Shown: positions 19,592-29,657, numbered from the stretch's first letter. The stretch: 64,000 bases of DNA from an uncultured Acidobacteriota bacterium (GCA_963702425.1 CAVPCQ010000006.1:381014-445013), one strand, 5' to 3'. Numbers and translations are program-made. Notes: a model not told the origin generated them from the sequence alone.

Positions 19592-20208
19592 CCCGCTGCT
19601 CCCGCCACCCCGCGCTCGCCGCCTCGCTGGCCCTGCTCGCCGCCTGCGCTCTGCTCGCAACGCTCGGACCGGCCGCGATCGAGCCGGCCCACGCCGCCCT
19701 TCCCGAGATCCCGCCGCCGAGCGCCGCCGGGCGCTTCGAGGGGACCTGGTTCCGGCAGGAGCCGGGGTCGAAGCAGGTCGTCTGGATCCGCCAGGCCGAA
19801 AAGTCCGGGCCGCTGGAGATTCGCCTCTCGTGGTGGACCGACCAGGGGCTCGAGTTCGACAGCGATTGGAAGTCGCGCGCCGAGTTCTCGTACCGCGGTT
19901 TCCAGGGCCTGCTCGAACTGGCCGTCGACCGCAAGCGTTCGACACCGGACCAGCTCCTGGTGCGCTACCGCCGCGAGCAGGACGGCGTCCGGAGCTCGCA
20001 CCTCGTCGAGACCGGCGACGTCCGGCTCCAGCGGGTCGGCGACAAGGGCTGGGAGCTGCTCTGGATCCAGGACCCGATGAAGTCGGTGGTGACGGTCGCC
20101 GAGCCGCTCGAGCCCGGCCAGGAGCGGACCGAGAAGGACGGCCAGCGCCTCTGGCTCTTCCAGAAGGCGAGCGACCGCCTCCTGCCGCTCGACGAGATCC
20201 CCTGGTAA
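19588..20208 (+). CDS. secreted hypothetical protein
   Basis: signal peptide, GTGA coupling to upstream gene, coding-like composition. Confidence 0.75.
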   Translation: MTRCSRHPALAASLALLAACALLATLGPAAIEPAHAALPEIPPPSAAGRFEGTWFRQEPGSKQVVWIRQAEKSGPLEIRLSWWTDQGLEFDSDWKSRAEFSYRGFQGLLELAVDRKRSTPDQLLVRYRREQDGVRSSHLVETGDVRLQRVGDKGWELLWIQDPMKSVVTVAEPLEPGQERTEKDGQRLWLFQKASDRLLPLDEIPW

Positions 20209-20311
20209 CACGCTTCGTCTCCCGGGCTGGCGACGACGCGCGACGCGGCAGCGTGTTGCGCCCCGCGGAGCGGTGCTACGCTCGGGCCGCGACGGGGAGA
20301 TCCGGCGAACG

Positions 20312-20752
20312 ATGACGGCGGCGGACCGGCGAAACGAAGACGAGCTGCTGCGCCGGTTGCGGGCGGACGCGCAGCTTCTGGCCCAGTCGTACGGCCTGCC
20401 GCTCCGTTCGATCGCCAAGACCCGCCGCGACGCCCGCCTCTACGGGACGTGCGACGCCGGCGGGCAGATCCGGATCCGGCTGCGCTCGCGGACGTCGGGC
20501 GGGTTCCTCAAGTACTCCAGCCTCGTGGCGACGCTCTGCCACGAGCTGGCGCACCTGCGCCACTTCCACCACGGCCCGAGCTTCGTGCGCTTCTACCGCG
20601 AGCTGCTCGAAGCGGCGCGCGCCCGAGGACTTTACCGGCCCGCCTCGCCCGCCGCGCTGCGCGCGGCGCGCGCCCCCCGCCCCGGCCCGGTGCGCGAGGA
20701 CCTCGCCGCCTCCGCCCCGCAGCGCCCTCGCCAGTTGCCGCTGTTCTGGTAG
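20312..20752 (+). CDS. small zinc metalloprotease (WLM/SprT-like, HExxH)
   Basis: IRIRLR...F...LVATLCHELAHLRHFHHGPSF. Confidence 0.75.
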   Translation: MTAADRRNEDELLRRLRADAQLLAQSYGLPLRSIAKTRRDARLYGTCDAGGQIRIRLRSRTSGGFLKYSSLVATLCHELAHLRHFHHGPSFVRFYRELLEAARARGLYRPASPAALRAARAPRPGPVREDLAASAPQRPRQLPLFW

Positions 20753-20756
20753 CCGC

Positions 20757-22052
20757 TCAGGCCAGCCCGTCGAGGTTCTCCCCCTTCGGGATCGCCACCA
20801 GTCCGCCCTCCGTGACGGTGAACCGGCGGCGATCGGCGTCCGGATCGATACCGACCTGGAAACCAGCCGGGATCCGGACCCCCTTGTCGACGATCGCCCG
20901 CTTCACGACGGCGTGCCGCCCGACCTCGACCCCGTCCATCAGGATCGAGTCCTCGACCAGGCTCCACGAGTTGATCCGGCAGCCCGGCCCGAGGATCGAG
21001 CGCTCCACGTGGCCGCCGCTGACGATGCAGCCCGGCGACACGAGCGAATCGTGCGCCTCGCCGATCCGCCCCTTCTCACCGCCCGCGAACACGAACTTGG
21101 CGGGTGGAGCCTGGATCGCCGCCGAGCGGATCGGCCAGGAGCGGTCGTAGAGGTTGAACTGCGGGGTGACCGAGATCAGGTCCTGGCTGGCGTCGAAGTA
21201 GGCGTCGAGCGTCCCGATGTCCATCCAGAACGGGGTCGGCGCACTGCCCGCGCCGCGAAACACGTGGGCCTGGACCCGCGCCCCGGCGCGCACGAGGCCC
21301 GGCAGCACGTCGTGGCCGAAGTCGTGCTGCGTGTCATCGCGCCGCGCGTCGCGGCAGACCGACTGCACCAGCACGTCGGTGCGGAACAGGTAGACCCCCA
21401 TGTTGGCCACCACGCCGGGTCCCTCCGGGTCGAGGTCCTGCGGCTTCTCGCGGAACCCGGTCACCGCCTGCCCGGGACCCAGTTCCAGCACGCCGAAGCG
21501 CGAGGCGTCGCGTGCCGGAACCTCGAGCACCGCGATCGTGACGTCCGCTTCCCCGGCGAGGTGCTCGGCCAGCATGTCGCGGTAGTCCATCCGGTAGATG
21601 TGGTCGCCGGAGAGGATCAGCGTATGCGCCGGTCGCTCCTCCTCGAGCGTGTAGACGTTCTGGTAGATCGCGTCCGCCGTTCCGAGGTACCAGGTGCTTC
21701 CCACGCGCAGCTGCGGCGGGATGGTGTAGATGAACTCTCCCAGCTCGGGCGCGAACAGGTCCCAGCCCTCCTTGATGTGCCGCATCAGGGAGTGCGCCTT
21801 GTACTGCGGCAGCACGCAGATCCGCTTCAGCCCCGAGTTCACGCAGTTCGAGAGCGTGAAGTCGATGATCCGGTAGGTCCCTCCGAACGGGACCGCGGGC
21901 TTGCTGCGGTCCTTGGTCAGCGGGTAGAGCCGTTCCCCCTTGCCGCCGGCCAGCACGAAGGCCAGGACCGCCTTGAGCGTGTCGGGGTGGAGCGAGGCGT
22001 GGCCTCCGGCGGAGCGATCCATCTCAGAGCTCTCCCGGGCCGAGGTGCTCAC
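20757..22052 (-). CDS. glgC: glucose-1-phosphate adenylyltransferase
   Basis: LAGGKGERLYPLT, KPAVPFGG, WYLGTADA, LSGDHIY, DFGHDV. Confidence 0.96.
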   Translation of the reverse strand: MSTSARESSEMDRSAGGHASLHPDTLKAVLAFVLAGGKGERLYPLTKDRSKPAVPFGGTYRIIDFTLSNCVNSGLKRICVLPQYKAHSLMRHIKEGWDLFAPELGEFIYTIPPQLRVGSTWYLGTADAIYQNVYTLEEERPAHTLILSGDHIYRMDYRDMLAEHLAGEADVTIAVLEVPARDASRFGVLELGPGQAVTGFREKPQDLDPEGPGVVANMGVYLFRTDVLVQSVCRDARRDDTQHDFGHDVLPGLVRAGARVQAHVFRGAGSAPTPFWMDIGTLDAYFDASQDLISVTPQFNLYDRSWPIRSAAIQAPPAKFVFAGGEKGRIGEAHDSLVSPGCIVSGGHVERSILGPGCRINSWSLVEDSILMDGVEVGRHAVVKRAIVDKGVRIPAGFQVGIDPDADRRRFTVTEGGLVAIPKGENLDGLA

Positions 22053-22404
22053 GCTCCTCGAGCAGCTTCCGCACCGTGCGCTTGAGCTCCTCGGTGTCGG
22101 GGCCCTTCGTGACGTAGGCGTCGGCGGCCCACGAGGTGAAATCGTCGCGGTAGGAATCGAATGCCGTATTGAGCACGATCGGCACGCGGCGGTCCTTGTC
22201 CAGGATCCGCGCCATCGCCTCGAGCCCGTTCATACCCGGCATCCGGATGTCCATCACGATCAGGTCCGGGCGCTGCTGTTCGAAGGCCCGGATCCCCTCC
22301 TCCGCGGTCGCCGCCTCGACGACCTGGTAGCCGTCGTCCTCCAGCTCCCGGCGATAGAGGAGCCTCAGGTGCCGTTCGTCATCCACGATCAGGATTCGTC
22401 GCAT
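22024..22404 (-). CDS. single-domain response regulator
   Basis: ILIVDDE, MDIRMPGMNG. Confidence 0.92.
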   Translation of the reverse strand: MRRILIVDDERHLRLLYRRELEDDGYQVVEAATAEEGIRAFEQQRPDLIVMDIRMPGMNGLEAMARILDKDRRVPIVLNTAFDSYRDDFTSWAADAYVTKGPDTEELKRTVRKLLEEREHLGPGEL

Positions 22405-24544
22405 CGTCGCTCTCCTCCGGGGTGCTCTCCGGGGTCGTCTCCGCGGGCTCGTGCGGCCGCAGCAGGATCCGGAACCGCGCCCCCTCGCCGGGGCGACTGT
22501 CGGCGCCCAGTGTGCCCCCGCACTGCGCCACCAAGCGCTTGCTGAGCGGCAGTCCGAGCCCCGTCCCCCCCACCTTCGTGGTGAAGAACGGCTCGAAGAT
22601 CTTATCCAGCCGGTCGGGCTCGATGCCCGGCCCGTTGTCCTCGACCACGAGGTGAACCGCTTCCTTGAGCCGCTGGGCCCGCACCGTCACCTTGCCCCCC
22701 TCGCCCACCGCATCGAAGGCGTTCGAGAGCAGATTGTCGAGGACCTCCAGCATCGTGTCGCGGTCGCCCGTGACCGGCGGCAGGTCGGGCTCGACCCGGG
22801 CCGACAGCCGCACCCGCCGCTCGAGCGCCAGGTCGCGGTAGCGGGCGACGACGGCGCGCACGAGGTCGCCCGGGTCGAGCGATCGGCCGGCCGGGGCCCG
22901 CGCGACGCGGACCTCCTGCCGGATCCGCTCGAGAATCGCCTCCATCCGCCGCGTTTCGTCGAGCACGATCTGCACGTCCGCGGCCCGCGGGTCGTCCTCC
23001 GGGAACTGTCGCGCGAGCCGGCGTGCGAAGCCGCCGACCACCGAGAGCGGGTTCCGGATCTGGTGCACGATCTCGGCCGCCAGCTCGCCGATCGCCGACA
23101 GCCGCTCGGCCTTGAGCACCTGCACCTGCAGGTTGCGCACGCGCGCGCTGGCCTCGCGCAGCTCCTCGAGCCGGTTCGAGAGCTCGTCGTGCAGGCGCGC
23201 CCGCTCGACCGCCCCGGCGGCGGTGGAGGCGATCATCGCCGCCAGCGCCAGCTCGTCCTCGTCCGGGAACCCGGCGTCGGGTGCCACTGCGCCGAGCAGC
23301 ACGCCGAGGTGTTTTCCCTGGTCGATCAGCGGGGCCAGCACGACGGGGCACCGCTCGAGCAGCGGCCCGAGAGACGGCTCGGCCGCATCGAGCACCCCGG
23401 CCGGGTAGATCTGCACCGGCGACGCCCCCGCCAGGGCGAGCACGAGCGGGTGGCTCGCCTGGTCGAGCGGGACCGCGAGCCGGCGCGCCAGGGTCTCGAT
23501 CATCCGGTCGGCGGCGGTCGGCGGGTCGAACGCGAGGGCTTCGAGCTCGTGCCCGGCGGCGCCCCGCCGCGGCGGACCGGCCGACTCGGGCGCCCGTCGC
23601 GCGAGGCGCCCGCGCAGCATCCCCTTGTCCTCCTCGGCCAGGAAGAGTGCGGCCGCGTGCATCCCCAGACCGCCCGGGTGGACCGCGGCGGCCAGCACGA
23701 CGCGCAGCACCCGGTCCAGCCGCGCCGTCCGAGAGAGGACCAGTCCCATCTCGCGCAGTAGGGTGAGTTCGCCGACCTTGCGGGCCAGCGCCTCGTTCAG
23801 CGACCGTTGCCGGGTGACGTCGGTCAGGACCGCGACGGCCGCAGCGAGGCCGTGGTCGGGCCCCGGGACGGCAGCGAGGCAGGCGCGCACGACCCGCCGC
23901 TCGACGCCGCTCCCGAGCACCAGCTCGCGCTCCTCCACCGGGCGATGGGCGGCCAGTTCGGCGGCGGTCGGGAAATCGGCGGCCGGGTAGAGCCCTTCCG
24001 GGAAGACCGTGGGGTAGGGCGCGCCGCGCAGTTCCCACTCGCCTCGGCCGAGCAGCGCCGACGCCGCCGGGTTGGCGGCCACGACCCGCAGCTCGCGGTC
24101 GAGCAGCAGAACGCCAGCCGGGACGTGCCGGAGCCCTTCGGCGAGCACCCGCTCGCGGAAGACCTCGTAGGCCTGTTCACCGTCGGAGAGTGCGGTGTCG
24201 ATCACCGCCTCGAGGATCGCCTCCGGTCCGACCCGGACCTGGACGAGCAGGCGCCGCGGTCCGGTCGCGCCGGGCCGCCCCTCGGGGATCCAGGAACGGT
24301 GGGCGACACCGGTCGAGAGCACCTCCTCGCGCCGGCAGGTCCGGCAGTCCGCATCGCGCCGCCAGAGCGCGCCGTGACAGTCCGCGCCGATCAGCTTCGG
24401 GCCCCGCGACCGGATCAGCGACGGGCTGGCCCAGAGGACCTTGCGACCGGGACCGATCAGCGCCAGCTGCACGCCGTTCGCGTCGAGCACCTCGAGCAGC
24501 TGCTCGTGGGACGGTGCCTCGGTCGGAACGTCGCGCTCGCTCAC
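22379..24544 (-). CDS. PAS/GAF sensor histidine kinase
   Basis: Cys-containing PAS (C...CRTC), PAS, GAF, VHQIRNPL H-box, DNGPGI, GTGLGL; start approximate. Confidence 0.88.
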   Translation of the reverse strand: MSERDVPTEAPSHEQLLEVLDANGVQLALIGPGRKVLWASPSLIRSRGPKLIGADCHGALWRRDADCRTCRREEVLSTGVAHRSWIPEGRPGATGPRRLLVQVRVGPEAILEAVIDTALSDGEQAYEVFRERVLAEGLRHVPAGVLLLDRELRVVAANPAASALLGRGEWELRGAPYPTVFPEGLYPAADFPTAAELAAHRPVEERELVLGSGVERRVVRACLAAVPGPDHGLAAAVAVLTDVTRQRSLNEALARKVGELTLLREMGLVLSRTARLDRVLRVVLAAAVHPGGLGMHAAALFLAEEDKGMLRGRLARRAPESAGPPRRGAAGHELEALAFDPPTAADRMIETLARRLAVPLDQASHPLVLALAGASPVQIYPAGVLDAAEPSLGPLLERCPVVLAPLIDQGKHLGVLLGAVAPDAGFPDEDELALAAMIASTAAGAVERARLHDELSNRLEELREASARVRNLQVQVLKAERLSAIGELAAEIVHQIRNPLSVVGGFARRLARQFPEDDPRAADVQIVLDETRRMEAILERIRQEVRVARAPAGRSLDPGDLVRAVVARYRDLALERRVRLSARVEPDLPPVTGDRDTMLEVLDNLLSNAFDAVGEGGKVTVRAQRLKEAVHLVVEDNGPGIEPDRLDKIFEPFFTTKVGGTGLGLPLSKRLVAQCGGTLGADSRPGEGARFRILLRPHEPAETTPESTPEESDDATNPDRG

Positions 24545-24679
24545 GTCGATCCTCACGCGCCGCGGGGGTGCGCGTTGCCATTGTAGACCCGGCCCGGTGT
24601 AATCTGTCGCTCCCGTCCCACCCCCACGCGCCCGGCGCAGCGTCCCGGGCCCGATCGTCGTTCGCCCAGGAGGTACCGC

Positions 24680-26317
24680 ATGCCCAACGGGATCTATCGC
24701 GTTCCGTCCCCCGTCAACGAGCCGGTCAAGGGCTACGCGCCGGGCTCGCCCGAGCGGCGCGAACTCGGCGCCGCGATCGCGGCCCTCTCGCAGGAGGTGA
24801 TGGAGATCCCCTGCGTGATCGGCGGCCGCGAGGTGCGCACCGGGCGGATCCTGGAACAGCACGTTCCCCACGCGCACCGGCGCGTCGTCGCCCGCGCCCA
24901 CCAGGCCGGCCCGCGCGAGATGCAGGCCGCGATCAAGGCCGCACGCGAGGCCTGGCAGACCTGGTCGCGCACGCCGTGGGAGGCGCGCTTCGCGATCTTC
25001 CTCAAGGCTGCCGACCTGCTGGCCGGGCCGCGCCGGATGGCCGCCAACGCGGCGACGATGGTCGGCCAGTCCAAGACCTCGCACCAGGCGGAGATCGACG
25101 CGGCCGCGGAGCTGATCGACTTCTGGCGCTTCAACCCGCGGTTCGCGGAGACGATCTACGCCGACCAGCCGATCTCCTCGCCCGGCACCTGGAACCAGCT
25201 GGAGTACCGCGCGCTGGAAGGATTCGTGCTGGCCATCACGCCCTTCAACTTCACCTCGATCGGCGGCAACCTCCCGACCGCCCCGGCGATGATGGGCAAC
25301 ACCGTGCTCTGGAAGCCGGCCTCGACCGCGATCGCGTCGTCGTGGGTCGTTTTCAAGGTGCTCGAGGAGGCCGGCCTGCCGCCGGGCGTGATCAACTTCA
25401 TCCCCGGCCCCGGTTCACTGGTCGGGCCGATGGCGATCGCCAGCCCCGATCTCGCGGGGATCCACTTCACCGGCTCGACGGGGGTCTTCCACTCGATCTG
25501 GGAGGGCGTCGCCGCCAACATTCGCCGCTACCGGAACTACCCGCGCCTGGTCGGCGAAACGGGCGGCAAGGACTTCGTCTTCGTCCACTCGTCGGCCGAC
25601 CCGCTGGCCGTCGCCACGGCGCTGGTCCGGGGGGCATTCGAGTACCAGGGCCAGAAGTGCTCGGCAGCGAGCCGCACCTACGTTCCCCAGTCGCTCTGGC
25701 CGAAGGTCCGGCGCGCGCTGGTCGAGCAGCTGCGCGAGGTCCGCGTCGGCGACCCGACCGTCGCCACCAACTTCATGGGCGCGGTGATCGACAAGGCGTC
25801 CTACCAGAACCTGACCGGCGCGATCGCCTCGGCCAAGCGCTCGACCGCCTGCTCGATCGTCTTCGGCGGCGAGTACGACGCGCGCGAGGGCTGGTTCATC
25901 CAGCCGACGGTGGTGCAGGTCACCGACCCGAAGCACCGGCTGATGAAGGAGGAACTGTTCGGACCGGTGCTCGCGGCGTTCGTCTACCCCGACCGCGAGC
26001 TGGACGCCGCGCTCCAGCTCTGCGACAGCGCCAGCCCCTACGCGCTGACCGGCGCGGTCTTCGCGCGCGACCGGCAGGCGATCCAGGCGATCGCCAACTC
26101 GCTGCGCCACACGGCCGGCAACTTCTACATCAACGACAAACCGACCGGCGCGGTCGTCGGACAGCAGCCGTTCGGCGGCGCGCGCGCCTCGGGCACGAAC
26201 GACAAGGCCGGCTCGTTGCTCAACATGATCCGCTGGACGTCGCCGCGGGCGATCAAGGAGACCTTCGTCCCGGCGACTCACTTCGCCTACCCGTTCCTCG
26301 CCCCGGACCAGGACTGA
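24680..26317 (+). CDS. pruA: L-glutamate gamma-semialdehyde (P5C) dehydrogenase
   Basis: GGAGG RBS; TPFNFT, GETGGKDF, EYQGQKCSA, FYINDKPTG. Confidence 0.95.
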   Translation: MPNGIYRVPSPVNEPVKGYAPGSPERRELGAAIAALSQEVMEIPCVIGGREVRTGRILEQHVPHAHRRVVARAHQAGPREMQAAIKAAREAWQTWSRTPWEARFAIFLKAADLLAGPRRMAANAATMVGQSKTSHQAEIDAAAELIDFWRFNPRFAETIYADQPISSPGTWNQLEYRALEGFVLAITPFNFTSIGGNLPTAPAMMGNTVLWKPASTAIASSWVVFKVLEEAGLPPGVINFIPGPGSLVGPMAIASPDLAGIHFTGSTGVFHSIWEGVAANIRRYRNYPRLVGETGGKDFVFVHSSADPLAVATALVRGAFEYQGQKCSAASRTYVPQSLWPKVRRALVEQLREVRVGDPTVATNFMGAVIDKASYQNLTGAIASAKRSTACSIVFGGEYDAREGWFIQPTVVQVTDPKHRLMKEELFGPVLAAFVYPDRELDAALQLCDSASPYALTGAVFARDRQAIQAIANSLRHTAGNFYINDKPTGAVVGQQPFGGARASGTNDKAGSLLNMIRWTSPRAIKETFVPATHFAYPFLAPDQD

Positions 26318-26367
26318 GCCCTTGCGGCAGGGACGCGGCCCGCGCCGCGTCCCTTCGGAGGTCCCCG

Positions 26368-27573
26368 ATGACTCGCGCCACCCTCCCGCTCCGGACCAGC
26401 AAGCGCGTCGAGGAGGTCACCTACGCCGTCCGCGACGTCGTGCTCTGGGCGCGCCAGGCCGCGGCCGCCGGCAAGGACATGATCTATCTCAACATCGGCG
26501 ACCCCTGCCAGTTCGACTTCCAGACGCCACCGCACGTCGTCGAGGCGATCGTCCGCGCCCTACAGGAGAACCGCACCAGTTACACCGCCTCGGAGGGGAT
26601 CCGCGAGGCGGTCGACGCGATCCGCGCCGACGCCGAGGTCCGCAAGGGGATCCGGGGAGTGCGCAGCGTGCTGGTCGGCAACGGCGCCTCGGAGCCGATC
26701 GAGCTGCTGCTCACCGCGCTGCTCGACCCGGGCGATGCCGTGCTCGTGCCGAGCCCCGGGTACCCGCTCTATACCGCGGTGCTGGCCAAGCTCGGCGCCC
26801 GCGCGATTCCCTACTACCTCGACGAGGCGAACGCCTGGCAGCCCGATCCGGACGAGCTCGCGCGCACCGTCGACCTCGGCACGCGCGCCATCGTGCTGAT
26901 CAACCCGAACAACCCGACCGGTTCGGTGGCCGGCCGGGAGACGCTCCTGCGGGTCCTCGAGATCGCGGCCCGCCACGGGCTGCTCGTGCTGTCGGACGAG
27001 ATCTACGACCGGATGCTGCTCGATCCGGAGACCGCGTACGTCTCGACCGCGTCGCTCCGGGACGACGTCCCGGTGGCGACCTTCTACGGCCTGTCCAAGG
27101 TCTGGCTCGGACCGGGACTGCGGATCGGCTGGTGCGTGCTCTCGGGCCCGGAAACGGCCGTGGCGCCGCTCGACGACGCGATGATGCGGCTCGCCCGCGC
27201 CCGGCTCTGCGCCAGCCACCCGGTGCAGTGCGCGATCAAGCCGGCGCTCGAGGGGCCGCAGGACCACATCGTCGCGGCCAACGCCAAGCTGCGCCGGCGG
27301 CGCGACATCACGGTGGAGAAGCTCCGCGCGATCCGCGGCTTCTCGGTCGTGCCACCGACCGCCGCGTTCTACGCCTTCCCGCGCTTCACGCTGCCGATCG
27401 ATGACGTCGAGCTGGTGAGGAGATTGGCGCTGGAGGAGGGGGTCGTGCTGGTGCACGGGTCGGGTTTCGGTCAGAAGCCGGGGACCCAGCACGTGCGCAT
27501 CGTCTTCCTGCCGACCGAAGCTCAGCTCGACGAGGCGTTTCGGCGGATTGGTTCGTTTGTGGCTCGGTTGTAG
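26368..27573 (+). CDS. class I/II PLP aminotransferase (AlaA-like)
   Basis: LNIGDP, NPNNPTG, SDEIY, GLSKVWLGPGLRIG. Confidence 0.92.
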   Translation: MTRATLPLRTSKRVEEVTYAVRDVVLWARQAAAAGKDMIYLNIGDPCQFDFQTPPHVVEAIVRALQENRTSYTASEGIREAVDAIRADAEVRKGIRGVRSVLVGNGASEPIELLLTALLDPGDAVLVPSPGYPLYTAVLAKLGARAIPYYLDEANAWQPDPDELARTVDLGTRAIVLINPNNPTGSVAGRETLLRVLEIAARHGLLVLSDEIYDRMLLDPETAYVSTASLRDDVPVATFYGLSKVWLGPGLRIGWCVLSGPETAVAPLDDAMMRLARARLCASHPVQCAIKPALEGPQDHIVAANAKLRRRRDITVEKLRAIRGFSVVPPTAAFYAFPRFTLPIDDVELVRRLALEEGVVLVHGSGFGQKPGTQHVRIVFLPTEAQLDEAFRRIGSFVARL

Positions 27574-27595
27574 GCGGCGGGATGGGCGCTGGGGC

Positions 27596-27674
27596 GGTGC
27601 GGAGGCGGATGGACCCCCTGGCGAGTGGGTCGCAGGCTCCAACACTCGCCAGGGGGTCCATCCGCCTCCGCACC
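27596..27674 (+). repeat. REP-like palindrome, copy 3: perfect 32-bp stem, loop GGTCGCAGGCTCCAA
   Basis: 27596-27627 is the reverse complement of 27643-27674. Confidence 0.95.
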
Positions 27675-27915
27675 TCCGTCGCCGGCACCGCGCGCTGCGC
27701 CTCCGTAGAGAGTGATTGAGAGGGAATGTTCTCCGCGCGCGATGCGTGACGGACGGCGAATACGTCACGCTCGGAGGGGTGGTCGCACCAGCGCCACGGA
27801 GGAGATGGGAGAGAACGTATTCACCGCTCGGTTGGCGTCCCCGTGCGATGCATACACTTTTCTATTATTTTATTGGTGCGAGCCGGTGGGGGCGGGCGGT
27901 TCTTCCCTGCGAACA

Positions 27916-27996
27916 GGGCGCGTGACGGGAAGTGCCCCCTGGCGAGTGTTGGAGCCTGCGACCCACTCGCCAGGGGGCACTTCCCGTCACGCGCCC
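27916..27996 (-). repeat. REP-like palindrome, copy 4 (inverted): perfect 33-bp stem
   Basis: 27916-27948 is the reverse complement of 27964-27996; loop TTGGAGCCTGCGACC. Confidence 0.95.
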
Positions 27997-28013
27997 GCCG
28001 CAACAGGAACGGA

Positions 28014-28514
28014 CTACGCCGGATCCCCTGCGAGTTCCGCCAGGCCTGCCCAGGTCGCGGCGTCCTGGGCGGTCAGGGTGCGCAGGTACAGCTCGACGTC
28101 TTCCTCGGGGAACTCCGACTTCACGGCTTCGACGGCGGACTTCAGCTTCTCGGGGGTGAGCTTGTCGGGGTCGAGGCCCTCGCCTTCCTTGAACAGGCCG
28201 TCGTCGTGCGGGATCTCGAGCAGGTCGAGAAAGCGTGCCAGCAGCGGGCGGCGGTGAGCGAGGTGGAAGGCGCTCAGGACTTGCATCGCCGTCTCCTCCG
28301 GCAGCCCGCCCTCGGCCAGCAGCGCCGCCCGGCGCGGGCGCGGCAGCTGCTCCAGGTAGGAGGCGCGGAAGCCGCGCGCGGTCAGCCACGGCATGAGCGC
28401 CGCAAGCCGGTCCTCGCGCGAGACCTGCTCGCTCTCCCAGAGCGCCAGCGCGGCCTCGGTGCGGCGCTCTTTCGGCAGCGTCTTCCAGATCTGGCGCGCG
28501 GTCCAGAAAGCCAC
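28014..28514 (-). CDS. hypothetical protein
   Basis: GGAGG RBS before GTG; globular sequence (FHLAHRRPLLARFLDLLEIPHDDG...LYLRTL). Confidence 0.8.
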   Translation of the reverse strand: MAFWTARQIWKTLPKERRTEAALALWESEQVSREDRLAALMPWLTARGFRASYLEQLPRPRRAALLAEGGLPEETAMQVLSAFHLAHRRPLLARFLDLLEIPHDDGLFKEGEGLDPDKLTPEKLKSAVEAVKSEFPEEDVELYLRTLTAQDAATWAGLAELAGDPA

Positions 28515-28567
28515 GACGGTCACCTCCCTCACGGAAACCGAAAGCCAACCATCCGCGCCCGCGCTTG

Positions 28568-29632
28568 TCAACGCCGCCGGGCGGCCGCGAGCGCGCGATA
28601 GAGCGCGAGATACCGGTCCGCGGTGCTCTCGATGTCGTAGGCTGCAACGCGCCGCCGCCCCTCCGCGACCAGCGCGGCGCGGCGCGGCGGATCCGCGGCG
28701 AGCGCGTCGATCGCGGCCGCCAGCCCGGAGGCGTCGCCGGCAGCGAAGGTCAGGGCGCTGACACCGTCCTCGAGCAGCTCCGCGGTGCCGGGGATCCGCG
28801 AGCCGATCACCGGCACGCCGAAGTGGAAGGCGTCGAGCAGCACGGTGCCCAGCCCCTCGTGGACGGACGGCAGCACGAAGAGGTCGGCGGCGGCGAACCA
28901 GCGGTCCGGATCGGCGTCGAACCCAACGAGGTGCAGCCGCTCTCCCGCCCCGCCGCCCGCGGCGCGCACCGCCGCACGCGTCGCCTCGCGCAGCGACCCG
29001 TCGCCGATCCACGCGTGGTGGTAGCCGGCAGCCGTCGCCGCCATCGCCCGCGCGAGCGTCAGCGGGTCCTTCTGCGGTTCGAGCGCGCCGACGGTGAGGC
29101 CGAGCGGCGCCGTCTCGGGAACCCCGAGCCCGGCCCGCAGCGCCGCCCGCGCCGCCGGCTCGAAGCGCCGGGTGCGATCGATCGCGGAGGGGATGCGCTC
29201 GACGAGCGCCGGCGGCACCCCGCCTGCGACGAGCGACCGCTCGACGCTCTCCGAGATCGCAACGACGCGGTCGAGCCGCCGCAGCCAGAAGGGAGACGCG
29301 GGACGGTCGAGGCGGCGCGTGGCCAGCGCCGCGTCCCCGCGGTGCCGCGCCAGGACCGCGAGCGGGGTCGTGTGGGCGGTGTGGGCGTGAAGCAGCTTCG
29401 GGCCCGCCAGCCCGCGGGCGAGCCGGAGCGCCTGGACCCGCCCCGCCACCTCGAGGACCTCGGTCCCCGGGATCTCCCGGTAGCGCTCGGCTGCGGTCTC
29501 GCCCCCGCGGGCGATCACGGTCGACCCGACCCCCCGCCGCGCCAGGGCCGCGAGCAGCAGCTGCAGTTGGCGCTGTCCTCCCCGCCAACCGCGCTCGAGG
29601 TCGAGGTGCACGATCGCCGGCAATGCGTCCAC
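28568..29632 (-). CDS. glycosyltransferase family 4
   Basis: WRGGQRQ, DLFVLPSVHEGLGTVLLDA. Confidence 0.9.
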   Translation of the reverse strand: MDALPAIVHLDLERGWRGGQRQLQLLLAALARRGVGSTVIARGGETAAERYREIPGTEVLEVAGRVQALRLARGLAGPKLLHAHTAHTTPLAVLARHRGDAALATRRLDRPASPFWLRRLDRVVAISESVERSLVAGGVPPALVERIPSAIDRTRRFEPAARAALRAGLGVPETAPLGLTVGALEPQKDPLTLARAMAATAAGYHHAWIGDGSLREATRAAVRAAGGGAGERLHLVGFDADPDRWFAAADLFVLPSVHEGLGTVLLDAFHFGVPVIGSRIPGTAELLEDGVSALTFAAGDASGLAAAIDALAADPPRRAALVAEGRRRVAAYDIESTADRYLALYRALAAARRR

Positions 29633-29657
29633 GGACTCGATCCTCCCGGCGGCGGCG

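Noticed and set aside
24190-26367. long N-terminal extension of the aminotransferase
   Set aside because: It is an off-frame read of pruA; the real start is at 26368 with a GGAGG RBS.
27712-28257. ORFs across the repeat element sharing peptides (e.g. WRVLEPATHSPGG, GECWSLRPTR) with ORFs at 220-1023
   Set aside because: The shared peptides are just translations of the repeat core; no RBS or coding-like composition.
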